A DNA stretch of 64,000 nucleotides from Planctomycetota bacterium (GCA_044222185.1 JBGANV010000006.1:96001-160000); one strand, 5' to 3'; shown: positions 18,108 through 28,368, numbered from the stretch's first letter. Notes: a model not told the origin generated them from the sequence alone. Translations and numbers: made by a program.

Positions 18108-19313
18108 TCAAGTCGCGCGGCGCGCAACCAGCGGGATCGAAATCGCGGCCATCGCCGCCACGGACCCGCCGAACCAGAACGTCGACGCGGAGCCGAATGC
18201 GTCCCACAGAACGCCGCCGGCGAGGCTCGCGGCGAGCGTGACGAAGCCGTTCGCCATGGAGTAGATCCCGAGCGCCGTCGCCCGCCGTTCGGCAGGAGCG
18301 TGATCGACGATCAAGGCCTTGCCGATGCCTTCCGTCAGCGCCATGAAGCTGCCGTAGAGCGCGAACAGGGGCCAGATCGCGGACTCGCCTGCGACGGCGA
18401 AGCCGCAGTATACGCCGGCGTAGATCACCCAGCCGAGGCCGATCACGCGCCAGCGTCCGAGGCGATCGCTCAGGACGCCCGCCGGATACGAGACGATCGT
18501 GTAAGTGACGTTGAACAGGAGGTAGGCAAGCACGACGGCCCAGGGCGACAGGCCCACCTCGCGTGCCTTCAGGAGCAGGAACGCGTCACTGGAGTTCGCC
18601 AGCGAGAAGATGAGGAGCGGGACGAGGGTGCGCCAGTACGCCGCCGGCATGGCGAGGCGCGGTCCCGCGCCGCGAGTCGATGGCGCCACGGAAGACGTGA
18701 CGATCGGCCGATCGCTCACGAGGAACGTCGTGGCGAGCGACAACAGCCCGAGTGCGGCTGCGACACCGAACACGATCCGGAATGCAGGTCCGGACTCCGC
18801 CGCGGCCCGGCCACCACCGTCGGCCGGAGACCCCGTGAGCCACCAAAGCAGCATGGCCGCCAGGATGACGCCCACCATGGCGCCCGCCGTGTCGAGCGCG
18901 CGATGGAAGCCGAACGCGCGCCCTCGTTCTTGCGGGCCCGCGGCGTCGGCGATGAGCGCATCCCGCGGACTCGAGCGGAGCCCCTTGCCCACGCGATCCA
19001 CGAGCCGCCCGGCCAGCACCATGGGCCAGGCGTAGGCGAATGCGAGCATGGCCTTCCCGACGACCGGGAGTGCGTAACCGATCCGCACGTAGGGCATGCG
19101 GCGCTTCTGACCGTCGCTGTGCCATCCGGCCCAGGCGGACATCACGGCGACGAGACAGAGCGCCGCGCCCTCGATCCCGCCGAGTGCCGTCGCGGACGAT
19201 CCAAGCACTCCGACGACGAACAGCGGGATGAGCGGGTAGATCATCTCGCCCGACACGTCGGCGAGGAACGACACCCAGCTCAGCACGACGACGGTGCGGG
19301 GGAGACGTGGCAT
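18108..19313 (-). CDS. MFS transporter
   Basis: About 12 TMs; VSFLADVSGEMIYPLIP, DRVGKGLR..PRDALIAD, GVLSDRLGR motifs; start 1 nt after the crcB stop. Confidence 0.9.
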   Translation of the reverse strand: MPRLPRTVVVLSWVSFLADVSGEMIYPLIPLFVVGVLGSSATALGGIEGAALCLVAVMSAWAGWHSDGQKRRMPYVRIGYALPVVGKAMLAFAYAWPMVLAGRLVDRVGKGLRSSPRDALIADAAGPQERGRAFGFHRALDTAGAMVGVILAAMLLWWLTGSPADGGGRAAAESGPAFRIVFGVAAALGLLSLATTFLVSDRPIVTSSVAPSTRGAGPRLAMPAAYWRTLVPLLIFSLANSSDAFLLLKAREVGLSPWAVVLAYLLFNVTYTIVSYPAGVLSDRLGRWRVIGLGWVIYAGVYCGFAVAGESAIWPLFALYGSFMALTEGIGKALIVDHAPAERRATALGIYSMANGFVTLAASLAGGVLWDAFGSASTFWFGGSVAAMAAISIPLVARRAT

Positions 19314-19314
19314 G

Positions 19315-19698
19315 TCAGGCTCCGGGCCAGATGGATGCGCCGAACCAGCCGGCGGCGCCCGCGCCGAGGCATCCGAGAATCGTGATCGCCGCGTAGGCTG
19401 TGGCAGGCCCGACCGCGCCGCACTGCAGGTACCGCAGGGTCTCCAGGTTGAATGCAGCGTAGGTCGTGAAGCCGCCGAGGAACCCGGTGGAGAGGACGAG
19501 CCTCGTCGCCGGCGACGGGCCGTCTGCCCTGAGCCCGGCATGCGTGAGCCAGGCGAGGAGGAACGACCCCAGCAGATTCACAGAGAGCGTCCCCCAGGGA
19601 AACGACGATCCGATCCGAGCCTGCGTCCAGCGGTCGAGCTGATATCGAGCCACGGTTCCCAGCGCTCCCGCCATTCCGATCCAGAGAATCCTCATCAC
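19315..19698 (-). CDS. crcB: Fluoride efflux channel CrcB/FluC
   Basis: GALGTVARY, FPWGTLSVNLLGSF, TGFLGGFTTY motifs; 127 aa, 4 TMs; GGAGG RBS; upstream fluoride riboswitch. Confidence 0.95.
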   Translation of the reverse strand: MMRILWIGMAGALGTVARYQLDRWTQARIGSSFPWGTLSVNLLGSFLLAWLTHAGLRADGPSPATRLVLSTGFLGGFTTYAAFNLETLRYLQCGAVGPATAYAAITILGCLGAGAAGWFGASIWPGA

Positions 19699-19774
19699 GT
19701 GTCGCCTCCGGGTTTGGGAGTCGGGCGCCGCCGGAGGCCTGCAAGAGAGAACCCCCGCGGCGCGCCGTTCGATC

Positions 19775-19830
19775 CGCAGGAGTCATTGGCCCTCCTCCGC
19801 GGAGGGCGGTTTTGGCGGACTCCACCGCCG
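19775..19830 (-). ncRNA. Fluoride riboswitch (crcB motif)
   Basis: Minus strand GGCGGTGGAGTCCGCC-AAAACC-GCCCTCC..GGAGGGC-CAATGACTCCTGC matches the GGnGATGGAGTnCnCC..AAnC..GCTnATGACTCCTRC consensus, including the GGAGT/ACTCC pseudoknot; ~75 nt upstream of crcB. Confidence 0.93.
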
Positions 19831-20014
19831 TCGGGACGGCGGAGATTTAGCATCTGACCCGTCACCGCGACGACCCCTCGGGCGGCTTCACGGACCCAGG
19901 CCGTGCGCCCGGCCGACTCCGCCGCCGTCGCCCGACCGGGAACTTTCGACGGTTTCATGGGTCGGAAAGCGGGCCGTTGCCTGGGGCGCGTCGACCGCCG
20001 AGAATCCCTCCCTC

Positions 20015-23000
20015 ATGGTCCGAGGTGTCATCATCTTCGCCGTGTGTCTCGCGCTCGCCGGAATGGCGCGCGCGCAGCAGATCGCTGAGGTGCCGAAACG
20101 TGACCCGAAGGCTCCGACGCCCGAGGCTCAAGCGCGATTGATGCTCGACGCCGGACGAGCGGCCCTCGCGGACAAGAACCCGGCGGAGGCCGTGAGGCAC
20201 TTCGCGAACGCGCTCTGGTACGACCCCTACGCCCCCGCTTTCCTCGCGAACCTGCTGGAGGCATCCGCCGCCGACCCTGATGCGTTCGACCTGTGGCTGA
20301 GCCAGTGGATTGCAGTGATCTCGGACGAGAAGGGCGCGGCCGCGGTCGAGGAGAAGTGGCGCAAGCGGGTCCAGGGCGTCGATGCGTGGCCGCTGAAGGT
20401 CAACACCGCGCGCGCCGAAGCCGTTGCCGAACTCGCGACGTTCGTGAAGGAGCAGGGCTCGAAGGGCGGGGAGGCTGCGAGCCATCCACACGCGCGGAGA
20501 TTCGCGGCGCAGTTGGGCATCGAACTGTGTCGCGCGTCGCCGGCGCTGATCCGGAGACATGGCCCGACCTTCACGGCGGTGTTCACGCCGGCCGTGCTGC
20601 CCGACCACCGACCCGTACTCGCCGCGCTCAAGGAGTTGATGGACCAACTCGTGGGTGAACAGAAACCCGGAGATGCGATCCGCGTCGCGCAGTGCCTGCT
20701 CGGGTTTGCGGCGCAATCGGGGTTCAAGCAGTTCGACGGTCCCAAGCCTCCGGACCTCGCGGCGGTCGCCATGGCGGCCCGGGCCGGTCTCCAACGCGCC
20801 CGTGCCCAGCTCGATGCGGCGCGGAAGGACGCGATTCTCACCATCGAACAGCTCGAGGCGATGACGCCGGAGGAGCGCGAGGCGTTCACGCGCGACCACG
20901 CCTCGTTCGCCAACCCGGGCGTCACGTTCTCACCGAACAAGCTCTACCGCGTCGAGACGACGTGCGGGCATGACACGCTCGTCGGCGTCGCGAAGACGAT
21001 CGAGCTCCACCATGCGCGGCTCGTTGGCTACTTCGGAAAGGACCCGTTCGTCGGACAGCAGGGACTCGTCCGGATCGTGCCCGAAAGCTGGGGCCTCGAA
21101 GCGGAAGGCACGCCGCATTGGTGGGCGGGCGGATTTCAATCCGGCCCCGTCACCACGTTGAAGTTCAGCTGTGGGAACATCGCGGGTCTCGGTCACGGGC
21201 TGACGCACGAGCTCACGCACCGCTTCGACGGTGCGCTTCATGCCGGTATCCCCGCCTGGCTGGCGGAAGGACGCGCCGTGTGGACCGGCGCCGCCTACGG
21301 GCCGCCCGCAGACCCAAGGTTCGTCCCGAACTACGCTCCGTTCGGCAGCATCGAAGACGCCTTCGTGAAGGGATACGCCGCGGAGGATCGCCTGAAGAAG
21401 CTCGTGGAAGGCACCATCGAGGACTATCGCCACAACTATCCGGCGGGGTGCGCGCTCTACGTGTACCTCTCCCAGTGGAAGGACGGCGACAAGCTCGTCT
21501 ACGCGGAGCGTTTCGCGCGCTTCGAAAACGAGTGCCGCACGGGCAACGGCAATTCGCTGGAGAACTTCACGGCGCACTTCTGCGACGGCCGGCAGGGGCG
21601 GCCGAAGGACTTCAAGGAGTTCGCCAAGCGCTTCGGCGAGTTCATCACGGGCTTCTACTGGCAGAACCGGGCCAAGTCGCCGTGGACGGGCCTCTTCACC
21701 GAGAAGGTCCCCGATTCGGGCCATTGGCCGTTCATCTACGACGGGCCCACGTGGCATCGCGGTCGAACGCGAGCGGAGCCGTGGTTCGGCCAGGATCAGG
21801 CCCGCCTCGCGGGCGACCTTCTCTACGCTCACGATCGCAAGAAGGACGCCGCCGCGGCGTGGGCGTGGTCGCTCCTGGTCGACGACTGGTCGCCGGAAGT
21901 CGCGGCGAAGCTGGCCAAGGTCTACAACGAACAGAACCAGTCCCACAACGCGTGGGTCGTCCTGGCGGAGACCTCGCGCCGTTTCCCGGGGCAGATGGCC
22001 GTTCCGGGCATGCCATCCGAGTTGAAGCGATCCTTCACGAAGGTCTTCCTCTTCCACGACGCGCTGCGCGACGCGGGGAAGCTCGCGGCGGATGGCGGAC
22101 GCCCGGCGAGCGCGTGCGTGCTCGCGAGCGACGAGTCGCGGTTATCCGAGTGGCTCGGCTTGTCGCAGCACGTCGTTTCGGCGAGCGCAGACGTGGCCGC
22201 GAAGTTGCTCCACCGATTGGACGAACCGCCCGTTCCCCTCGGACTCTTCGGCTGGGAGGAGGATCGACTCACCGACTACGAAGAGCGCCGCGTGAAGGAC
22301 CTGTGGTACGAGCTGCCCGATGGCGATCTGCAGGTGGGGCGCACGAAGCCGCGTGAAGGCACCGGCGAAACCGACCGGTATTCGGCGTGGCAGCACGCGT
22401 TCACGCGTTCGAAGCAATGGATCGGCGCTGGAGCCTACGCCATCCGCATGAAGGTGCAGGCGACGACGTCGTTCATCTCCGGCGCGGCGATCCTGGGTTG
22501 GACGCGACGCGACCGGAACGTTCGCGTCGGTTTCAGCTGCGGCGACTTCCTCTATTCGATCGGCGCCAAGGACGCGGCGAACAAGTTCGACTCGGTCCAT
22601 TGCAACCTCTGGGGCCTTCGCGAGCGTGACGGCGCGCTGTGGGGATCGAACCCCGGTCGCACGGTGAAGCTCAAGACGCCGAGCAACACGTTCGACCTCG
22701 ACATCTACGTGGATGGGGCGCAGGCCTACGCCTTCCTGAACGGCACGCTCGTCGGCACGTACCACACGCTCGATGGTGCGCCGATCGAAGGCTACGTCGG
22801 CTTCGCATCCGGACAGGGTGCGTACCTCGTGAAGGCACCCACTGTCGAGCGCTTCGATCGCACGCTCGCCGCTGGCATCGATCGCGGGTTTCCGGCGTGC
22901 CTCGACTTGTCACGCGATGGCACGACGCCGGGGCGAGAGCTCGTCAATCGAGAGGTGCGCGGAGTGCCGACGAATCGCCTCGGCACCGTCGTCGTCTGGA

Positions 23001-23440
23001 TGCCGCAACTGCCCTCCGCTGTTCAGCCCGACACGCTCGCCGCGCCGGACGAAATGGCGACGGAGACCAGCGTCGTCGCGCAGGCCGCGCGCGAGGCGAT
23101 GGTCGCCGCGAAGGCCGACCAGCCGATCGTCGTCGTGGTCCCCGCCACGCTCCCGAAGGACGTGCTCCAGAAGGTCGAGGCCGACGTGAAGAACGCCGTA
23201 CCCGGCGTGACGAGCGTCCTCGTGCACGCGCGCAAGGAGCCGCTCACGCGCAAGCAGGACAACCCCGAGTTGCCGCTCCGCACCACCCCGTCCTTGCTTT
23301 TCGTCGATCCGAGCGGGGTGCTGCGTTGCGTCGAGCCGTTCGAGGCCGTTCAGCAGCGGTTGCCCGGTGGGCTCGAACACTGGGTGACTGTGTTCGGCGC
23401 GATCGCTCGCGAACTTCCCACGGGAACGAACGCGAAATGA
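20015..23440 (+). CDS. Large exported gluzincin-type metallopeptidase-like protein (TPR, HExxH, beta-sandwich, C-terminal thioredoxin-like region)
   Basis: Signal peptide; LTHELTHRF...PAWLAEGRA (HExxH plus downstream Glu); C-terminal PSLLFVDPSGVLR. Confidence 0.75.
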   Translation: MVRGVIIFAVCLALAGMARAQQIAEVPKRDPKAPTPEAQARLMLDAGRAALADKNPAEAVRHFANALWYDPYAPAFLANLLEASAADPDAFDLWLSQWIAVISDEKGAAAVEEKWRKRVQGVDAWPLKVNTARAEAVAELATFVKEQGSKGGEAASHPHARRFAAQLGIELCRASPALIRRHGPTFTAVFTPAVLPDHRPVLAALKELMDQLVGEQKPGDAIRVAQCLLGFAAQSGFKQFDGPKPPDLAAVAMAARAGLQRARAQLDAARKDAILTIEQLEAMTPEEREAFTRDHASFANPGVTFSPNKLYRVETTCGHDTLVGVAKTIELHHARLVGYFGKDPFVGQQGLVRIVPESWGLEAEGTPHWWAGGFQSGPVTTLKFSCGNIAGLGHGLTHELTHRFDGALHAGIPAWLAEGRAVWTGAAYGPPADPRFVPNYAPFGSIEDAFVKGYAAEDRLKKLVEGTIEDYRHNYPAGCALYVYLSQWKDGDKLVYAERFARFENECRTGNGNSLENFTAHFCDGRQGRPKDFKEFAKRFGEFITGFYWQNRAKSPWTGLFTEKVPDSGHWPFIYDGPTWHRGRTRAEPWFGQDQARLAGDLLYAHDRKKDAAAAWAWSLLVDDWSPEVAAKLAKVYNEQNQSHNAWVVLAETSRRFPGQMAVPGMPSELKRSFTKVFLFHDALRDAGKLAADGGRPASACVLASDESRLSEWLGLSQHVVSASADVAAKLLHRLDEPPVPLGLFGWEEDRLTDYEERRVKDLWYELPDGDLQVGRTKPREGTGETDRYSAWQHAFTRSKQWIGAGAYAIRMKVQATTSFISGAAILGWTRRDRNVRVGFSCGDFLYSIGAKDAANKFDSVHCNLWGLRERDGALWGSNPGRTVKLKTPSNTFDLDIYVDGAQAYAFLNGTLVGTYHTLDGAPIEGYVGFASGQGAYLVKAPTVERFDRTLAAGIDRGFPACLDLSRDGTTPGRELVNREVRGVPTNRLGTVVVWMPQLPSAVQPDTLAAPDEMATETSVVAQAAREAMVAAKADQPIVVVVPATLPKDVLQKVEADVKNAVPGVTSVLVHARKEPLTRKQDNPELPLRTTPSLLFVDPSGVLRCVEPFEAVQQRLPGGLEHWVTVFGAIARELPTGTNAK

Positions 23441-24477
23441 CCGGCGCGTCGTTCGAGCCGGACTCGCCGTCGCACGTCGTCGATCGTCGCTCCTTTCTCG
23501 AGAGGATCGTGCTCGCGTCCGTCGCCCTCGCCGTTCGGCACGACCGCGACCGCCCATCCGTCGGGCCGCCGCGTCGGTTCGCCCGGACTCTCGTGTTCGT
23601 GGACCTGGCCGGCGGACTCGATGGTCTGTCCGTCGTCGTGAATCCTGGACTCCGGTCCTACTACGCACGCCGCCCGACGATCGCCGTTCCACCGCCAGGC
23701 GCTTGGGGCGGCGCGTTGCCACTGAACCGAGCGGCGAGCGTCGGGCTCACACCACATTGGGCGCCGCTGTACGAGCTGTTCGCGCGGGGCGAGATGCGGG
23801 TCCATCAGGCCGTCGGTCACGCGACGAGCGGACTCACGCATTTTGCGAGTCGCGAACTCGTGATGAGCGGCCTGCGCGGCGACGGCGATCCGGTGGCGTG
23901 CGGAGGCATCGGGTGTCTCGTGGATGGCGCGCGGCGTCTCGGGATCTCGGCCGTCGGCTTCGGCTCGGAGTGGGCCCGGGATCTCGTGTGTACGAGCGGT
24001 CGCACGACGCTCGTTCCAGGCGAGGTGAGTCTCGACGCGAGCCTGGCCGAGGTTGCGCGATCGCTGCAATCCGACCCGTGTCCGATGATCGCGTGCGTGC
24101 GCGCGAGCGGTTTCGACACCCACGCCGATCAGGCGGCGACGCTCGCGACGCGGTTGCCCCCGGTCGCCACGGCGATCGCGACGTTCGTCGAGACGGTGCG
24201 CGCCGCGGGTCGTTGGGACGACGTTTCGATGATCCTCTTCAGCGAGTTCGGACGAGCCGTGTCCGAGAACCCGGACGGGGGGACGGATCACGGTCAGGGC
24301 GGCGTGTTCCTGGAACTCGGCGGCGCGGTGCGCGGCGGAATGATGGGAGCCCCGCTGACCGAGGCGGACCTGGCGGGGCCGGATGTCCCCGCCCGTACCG
24401 ACCTCGTTCGCCTCCTCCGCCGGACGGTCCTGCGCCATCTCGCCATCGGTCAGGACGCGTCGCACGCCGGCCGTTGA
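23437..24477 (+). CDS. DUF1501 family protein (short variant)
   Basis: ATGA overlap with upstream stop; RRSFL Tat-like motif; LAGGLDGL, GFDTHADQ, FSEFGR..EN..GGTDHG motifs. Confidence 0.85.
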   Translation: MTGASFEPDSPSHVVDRRSFLERIVLASVALAVRHDRDRPSVGPPRRFARTLVFVDLAGGLDGLSVVVNPGLRSYYARRPTIAVPPPGAWGGALPLNRAASVGLTPHWAPLYELFARGEMRVHQAVGHATSGLTHFASRELVMSGLRGDGDPVACGGIGCLVDGARRLGISAVGFGSEWARDLVCTSGRTTLVPGEVSLDASLAEVARSLQSDPCPMIACVRASGFDTHADQAATLATRLPPVATAIATFVETVRAAGRWDDVSMILFSEFGRAVSENPDGGTDHGQGGVFLELGGAVRGGMMGAPLTEADLAGPDVPARTDLVRLLRRTVLRHLAIGQDASHAGR

Positions 24478-24593
24478 TGGGGAGTCGCCGTCGCGACCGC
24501 GTTTCTCCACCGGGCCGCGAGACCGGGTGTACCATGCGCCTCGACGACTGGGGCCAGAGGGGCCCCGAGCGTTCCAGGCGCGAGGAATCAGGC

Positions 24594-26165
24594 ATGGCGT
24601 TGCACGAGCGCGTATCGCGGGACGAGGGGCGGCGGGTCCGCCGGAGGCGCATCCGGACGCTCGGCGTTGCGGTGGTGCTGACGGCGATCGCCGTCACGGC
24701 GCGCGTCGAGGGGCAGGACGCGAAGCCCGAGGAACCGAGGGGCGCGTTCGATCTCACCAGGCTTCGGGGCGAGCTGTCACGCGCCGACGCACCTGACCGC
24801 GTCCCTGGGAACCTGGCGCTCGACTCGGCCGCGCGGGACGTGGCGAAGGCGTTTCGTGCGATCGGCCTCACGCCGGCTGGCGACCTCGACGGCAGTGCCG
24901 TCGGGTTCCATCAGTCCGTCATGTTCTCGGCCGGCGCGGCGCCGGCGGAGGACTGCTACATCGAGCGCACGTTGCGGGGCGACGTTCGTCGATGGCCGCT
25001 CGGCGAAGGCTTCGGTTGCGACGCCTGGTGTGACGTCGACGTCACGGGCGCCGGAGTCGGCTTCGGCATGGATGGGGCGGCGACAGCGTTTCGCGCCCCC
25101 TGCACCGCAGGAAAACTCCGTGACCTGAACGGCGGTCGGGTCGAGCCCATCTCCGTCGCCGACAAGATCCTCTTCATCTCGTCGTGGAACTCGCCGAAGC
25201 GAGCCGATGGAGTCGAGGTCCCGGCCTTCGCGAAGGGTGTCCGGGGAGCGGGCGTCCGCGCCGCCGTGTACGTCAGCACGCAAGGCGCCGCTTTGCGGCC
25301 GCCGAGTGGACGCTTCGTGGCCAAGAGTCGGTTCCAGCGGCCTGCTTCGGGCACACCCACCTTCTTCGTCACGCCCTCCGTCGCCAACGAGATCTGCGCG
25401 CTCGGCGACGGCGGCGGCGACTTGATAGGCGAGCTGGGCAAACTGACCGGCGACCTCAAGATGGAGATGGCGATCATCATGGACCCGGCGAAGTGCAAGT
25501 TCCGCATCCGCGTCAAGTGTCGCCAGGAGGACGTGAAGGTCCCGAACGTCGTGGCGCGAATCGACGGAAGCGACCCGAAACTCGCGTCGGAGTGCGTCCT
25601 CGTGTGCGCCCCCATCGACGCGACGGGCGGCTTCGGCGCGCCCGCGGCATTCGGGAGCGGCGACCCCACGCGGCCCGCGTCGATCGTCGCCGCGGCGGCC
25701 GATGCGCTTCGGCGCGCGCCCTCGCGCCCCAGGCGGACGATCGTCGTCGCCGCGACCTGCGGCGGCGAGCCGGACTTCGCGGGAACGAGCTGGCTTTCGA
25801 CGCACCTTCCCACGGGTGTGAAGTCGATTGCCGCGGTCCTCGGGGTGCGAGTGATGGCGCCGTCCAAGGACTCCAAACCTCCGAGTGCCGAGTCGTTCCG
25901 GCTCCTTTCGAGCGACCCGGCGGGGCGGGCGTCGGCGGCATTGGCCACGGAGGCCCGCACGGCTGACATCAGCTGCGATCCGGGTACGCCCGAGGAGGCG
26001 GCGCGGTGGGATCTGTCCGTGTTCTCGCGCAGGAAGGTGCCGACGGCGTGGATCGTCGCGCCCGCGGGTAACTCCGCGGGCACGGACGCGTCCCTGGCGG
26101 GCCTGCTCGCGCGCGCCGTCCGCGTCGCGGCGGATGCCGACCCCGTGCCGCCGGCGGGACGCTGA
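24594..26165 (+). CDS. M28 aminopeptidase-like protein with PA-like insert, metal ligands degenerate
   Basis: FRAIGLTPAGD, NVVARIDGSDPKLASECVLVCAPID, RPRRTIV match the M28 scaffold; start position uncertain. Confidence 0.7.
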   Translation: MALHERVSRDEGRRVRRRRIRTLGVAVVLTAIAVTARVEGQDAKPEEPRGAFDLTRLRGELSRADAPDRVPGNLALDSAARDVAKAFRAIGLTPAGDLDGSAVGFHQSVMFSAGAAPAEDCYIERTLRGDVRRWPLGEGFGCDAWCDVDVTGAGVGFGMDGAATAFRAPCTAGKLRDLNGGRVEPISVADKILFISSWNSPKRADGVEVPAFAKGVRGAGVRAAVYVSTQGAALRPPSGRFVAKSRFQRPASGTPTFFVTPSVANEICALGDGGGDLIGELGKLTGDLKMEMAIIMDPAKCKFRIRVKCRQEDVKVPNVVARIDGSDPKLASECVLVCAPIDATGGFGAPAAFGSGDPTRPASIVAAAADALRRAPSRPRRTIVVAATCGGEPDFAGTSWLSTHLPTGVKSIAAVLGVRVMAPSKDSKPPSAESFRLLSSDPAGRASAALATEARTADISCDPGTPEEAARWDLSVFSRRKVPTAWIVAPAGNSAGTDASLAGLLARAVRVAADADPVPPAGR

Positions 26166-26477
26166 GCCGCCGCGGGCGCAACCGCCGTTCGGTTCGCGAG
26201 GCGCGCGCGTCGTTCGCGACGCCGTCGGGCGCGTCGGGGAACGGTTTCGACTCGTGGCCCGATCGATCGCGCGTGGGCGCGTGGCGCGGCCTCACCCGAC
26301 GCCGGGATCGGGAGTAAGATCGGCCCCCGCGTCGGACGAGAGCGGCGCGTGGTGAGAAGTTCGCGCCTGCCGGTTCGGTGCGACGGAACGTCGCGTGAGA
26401 TCTCCTGATCGAGCGGCGTCTCGTCCAGGTCGATTGTGTCGGTGTGTCGTCATCGCACCGACGGAGGAGAGGGTGAG

Positions 26478-28121
26478 ATGTCTCCACGTTCCGCAACCGG
26501 TTGCGCCCTGACTTTCACGCTGGTGTCGGCGATCGCCGCTTCTCTCGGTGCGCAGACGGTCTGCAGTGCGGCGAGCTTCGGCTCCCTCACGGCCGATCCG
26601 ATCACGATCACGGGCTCGTGGACGATCGGCGACCTGTGCACCATCGACTTCCAGGGCCGTCACGTGATCCTCGCGTCACCCTGCACGATCCAGGTCGACC
26701 GCGCCACGATCCTCTGCGGCAGGCTCACGATGAACGGGAACACGCACTTCACGGGCGTGCCCACGGGCCCGCGCCGGTTGACCATCGACACGGCGAACCA
26801 CGGCGTCAACACGGGCGACGTCTCGATCGCGGGCACGATCGACATGTCCGATCCCGCCCAGGGAGGCGACGTCTTCATCAACGCGTTCAACGCATTCACG
26901 ACGACGGGCAGCGGCTGGATCAAGACGAAGTCGACGGCCACCGGCGGCTACGGGGGCTGGCTCTCGATCACGGCCGGGGGGGCCGTGACCATCGGCGGGG
27001 CGACGACGGCACTCGATTCCCAGGGCTCCACCGACGGTGATGGCGGCGACATCGACATCACGTCCGTGAATTCGACCGTCACGATCACGCGCATGGTGGA
27101 CGCGTCATCCGCGAGCAGCGATTTCAGCTTCGGCGGCTACGTCACGATCTCGGCGTTCGGTGCGGTCGTCACCGCGGCGGAGGTCCGCACGCGTGCGAAC
27201 GTCGCCGGAGACGTCGACGTGATCAGTCAGAGCAGCGGCGCGATCACGCTGGGTGCACCGATCAACGCCGACGGCGTCGGCACCGACGGCTGGGGCGGAT
27301 GGGTGACCATCAGCACCGCCGGCGCATGCAGCCTCGGAGACATCATCGAGGTGAACGGCTCGCTGAGCGGAGGCTCCGCCGGCGTCATCGACGTCGCGGC
27401 GCAGACGCTGACGGCCACGCCGAATTGCCGTCTCCGAGCGAACGGCAACGACAATTCCACACCGGGCGGTGACGGCGGATGGGTGACCATCGACGTCTGC
27501 CAGGCGAACTTCCTGCCCGCCAGTTCGATCGTCGCGCGTGGCAGCAACACGGCCGGCACGATCGACGTCACGACGCACGACATCATGACGATCGCCGGCA
27601 CGATGAATGCCTCGACCCCGGGTAGCGTCGGAGCCATCACGTTGACGACCCGTCTGTCCGCGCCGTATTCGCCCGTGCTCACGGGCTCGACCTTCACCCC
27701 GGCGCCCGCGGTCGTCCACCAACCGTCGCTCTCGCCCTGCCTCGCTCTGCCCACGTCCACGCTGACGGGCACGAGCCCGGTTCCCGCCGGCGGTGTGTTC
27801 CACCTCCAGGTCTCATCCGTGCCGGGCAAGCAACTGCTCGTCGTCGCGCAGCCCGCGCTCGCCTACCTGAACCTGGGTCCGCTGGGTTTCACGCAGATCG
27901 ACATCTTCACCAACGCGCTCCCGTTCGCCGACCCCGGCTTCTTCGGTCCGCCGATTCCGGGATCGATCACCGACTCCGCAGGCAACTGGCAGTTCAACTA
28001 CACGCTTCCCCTCACGCCGTCTCTCGCAGGGCTCTCGATCTTCGTCGAGGCCTACGTCCTGGACTCGACGGCGGCGAACGGCGTGTTCCACCAACCGCCG
28101 TACCTCCGGGTGAATTTCTGA
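26478..28121 (+). CDS. Exported beta-helix (haemagglutinin-like GGxIxI repeats) protein with C-terminal shared domain
   Basis: GGAGG RBS; signal peptide; repeats GGDVFIN, GGWLSIT, GGDIDIT, GGYVTIS, GGWVTIS; ends PSLAGLSIFVEAYVLD..NGVF. Confidence 0.85.
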   Translation: MSPRSATGCALTFTLVSAIAASLGAQTVCSAASFGSLTADPITITGSWTIGDLCTIDFQGRHVILASPCTIQVDRATILCGRLTMNGNTHFTGVPTGPRRLTIDTANHGVNTGDVSIAGTIDMSDPAQGGDVFINAFNAFTTTGSGWIKTKSTATGGYGGWLSITAGGAVTIGGATTALDSQGSTDGDGGDIDITSVNSTVTITRMVDASSASSDFSFGGYVTISAFGAVVTAAEVRTRANVAGDVDVISQSSGAITLGAPINADGVGTDGWGGWVTISTAGACSLGDIIEVNGSLSGGSAGVIDVAAQTLTATPNCRLRANGNDNSTPGGDGGWVTIDVCQANFLPASSIVARGSNTAGTIDVTTHDIMTIAGTMNASTPGSVGAITLTTRLSAPYSPVLTGSTFTPAPAVVHQPSLSPCLALPTSTLTGTSPVPAGGVFHLQVSSVPGKQLLVVAQPALAYLNLGPLGFTQIDIFTNALPFADPGFFGPPIPGSITDSAGNWQFNYTLPLTPSLAGLSIFVEAYVLDSTAANGVFHQPPYLRVNF

Positions 28122-28157
28122 TGTGGGCGGCGCGGCATGCCGGCTGAACCGACGAGT

Positions 28158-28216
28158 TGTAAAGGTCCGTTGTCCGGGCGGCGCGAGTCGTCGATCGCTG
28201 TCAAACGGCATTGACG
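28158..28216 (+). promoter_or_regulatory. Two candidate upstream activator sites (TGTmAA-N6-TTGwC)
   Basis: TGTAAA-N6-TTGTCC (28158-28175) and TGTCAA-N6-TTGACG (28199-28216), 41 bp apart, 150-210 bp upstream of a sigma54 motif. Confidence 0.4.
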
Positions 28217-28368
28217 GTGTGCGATGCCGCCGCCGTTCGGACCGTCACCCGGCCGCTACGCTCGTTCGGTGGCGGTCCCACGATTTCTCGCCGTATCCCC
28301 GCTGAAAGCCGCCTAATCTAGTGGATGTTTCGATCGACCCGCGCCTGCCTTGGGTCCGAAACGGTGTG

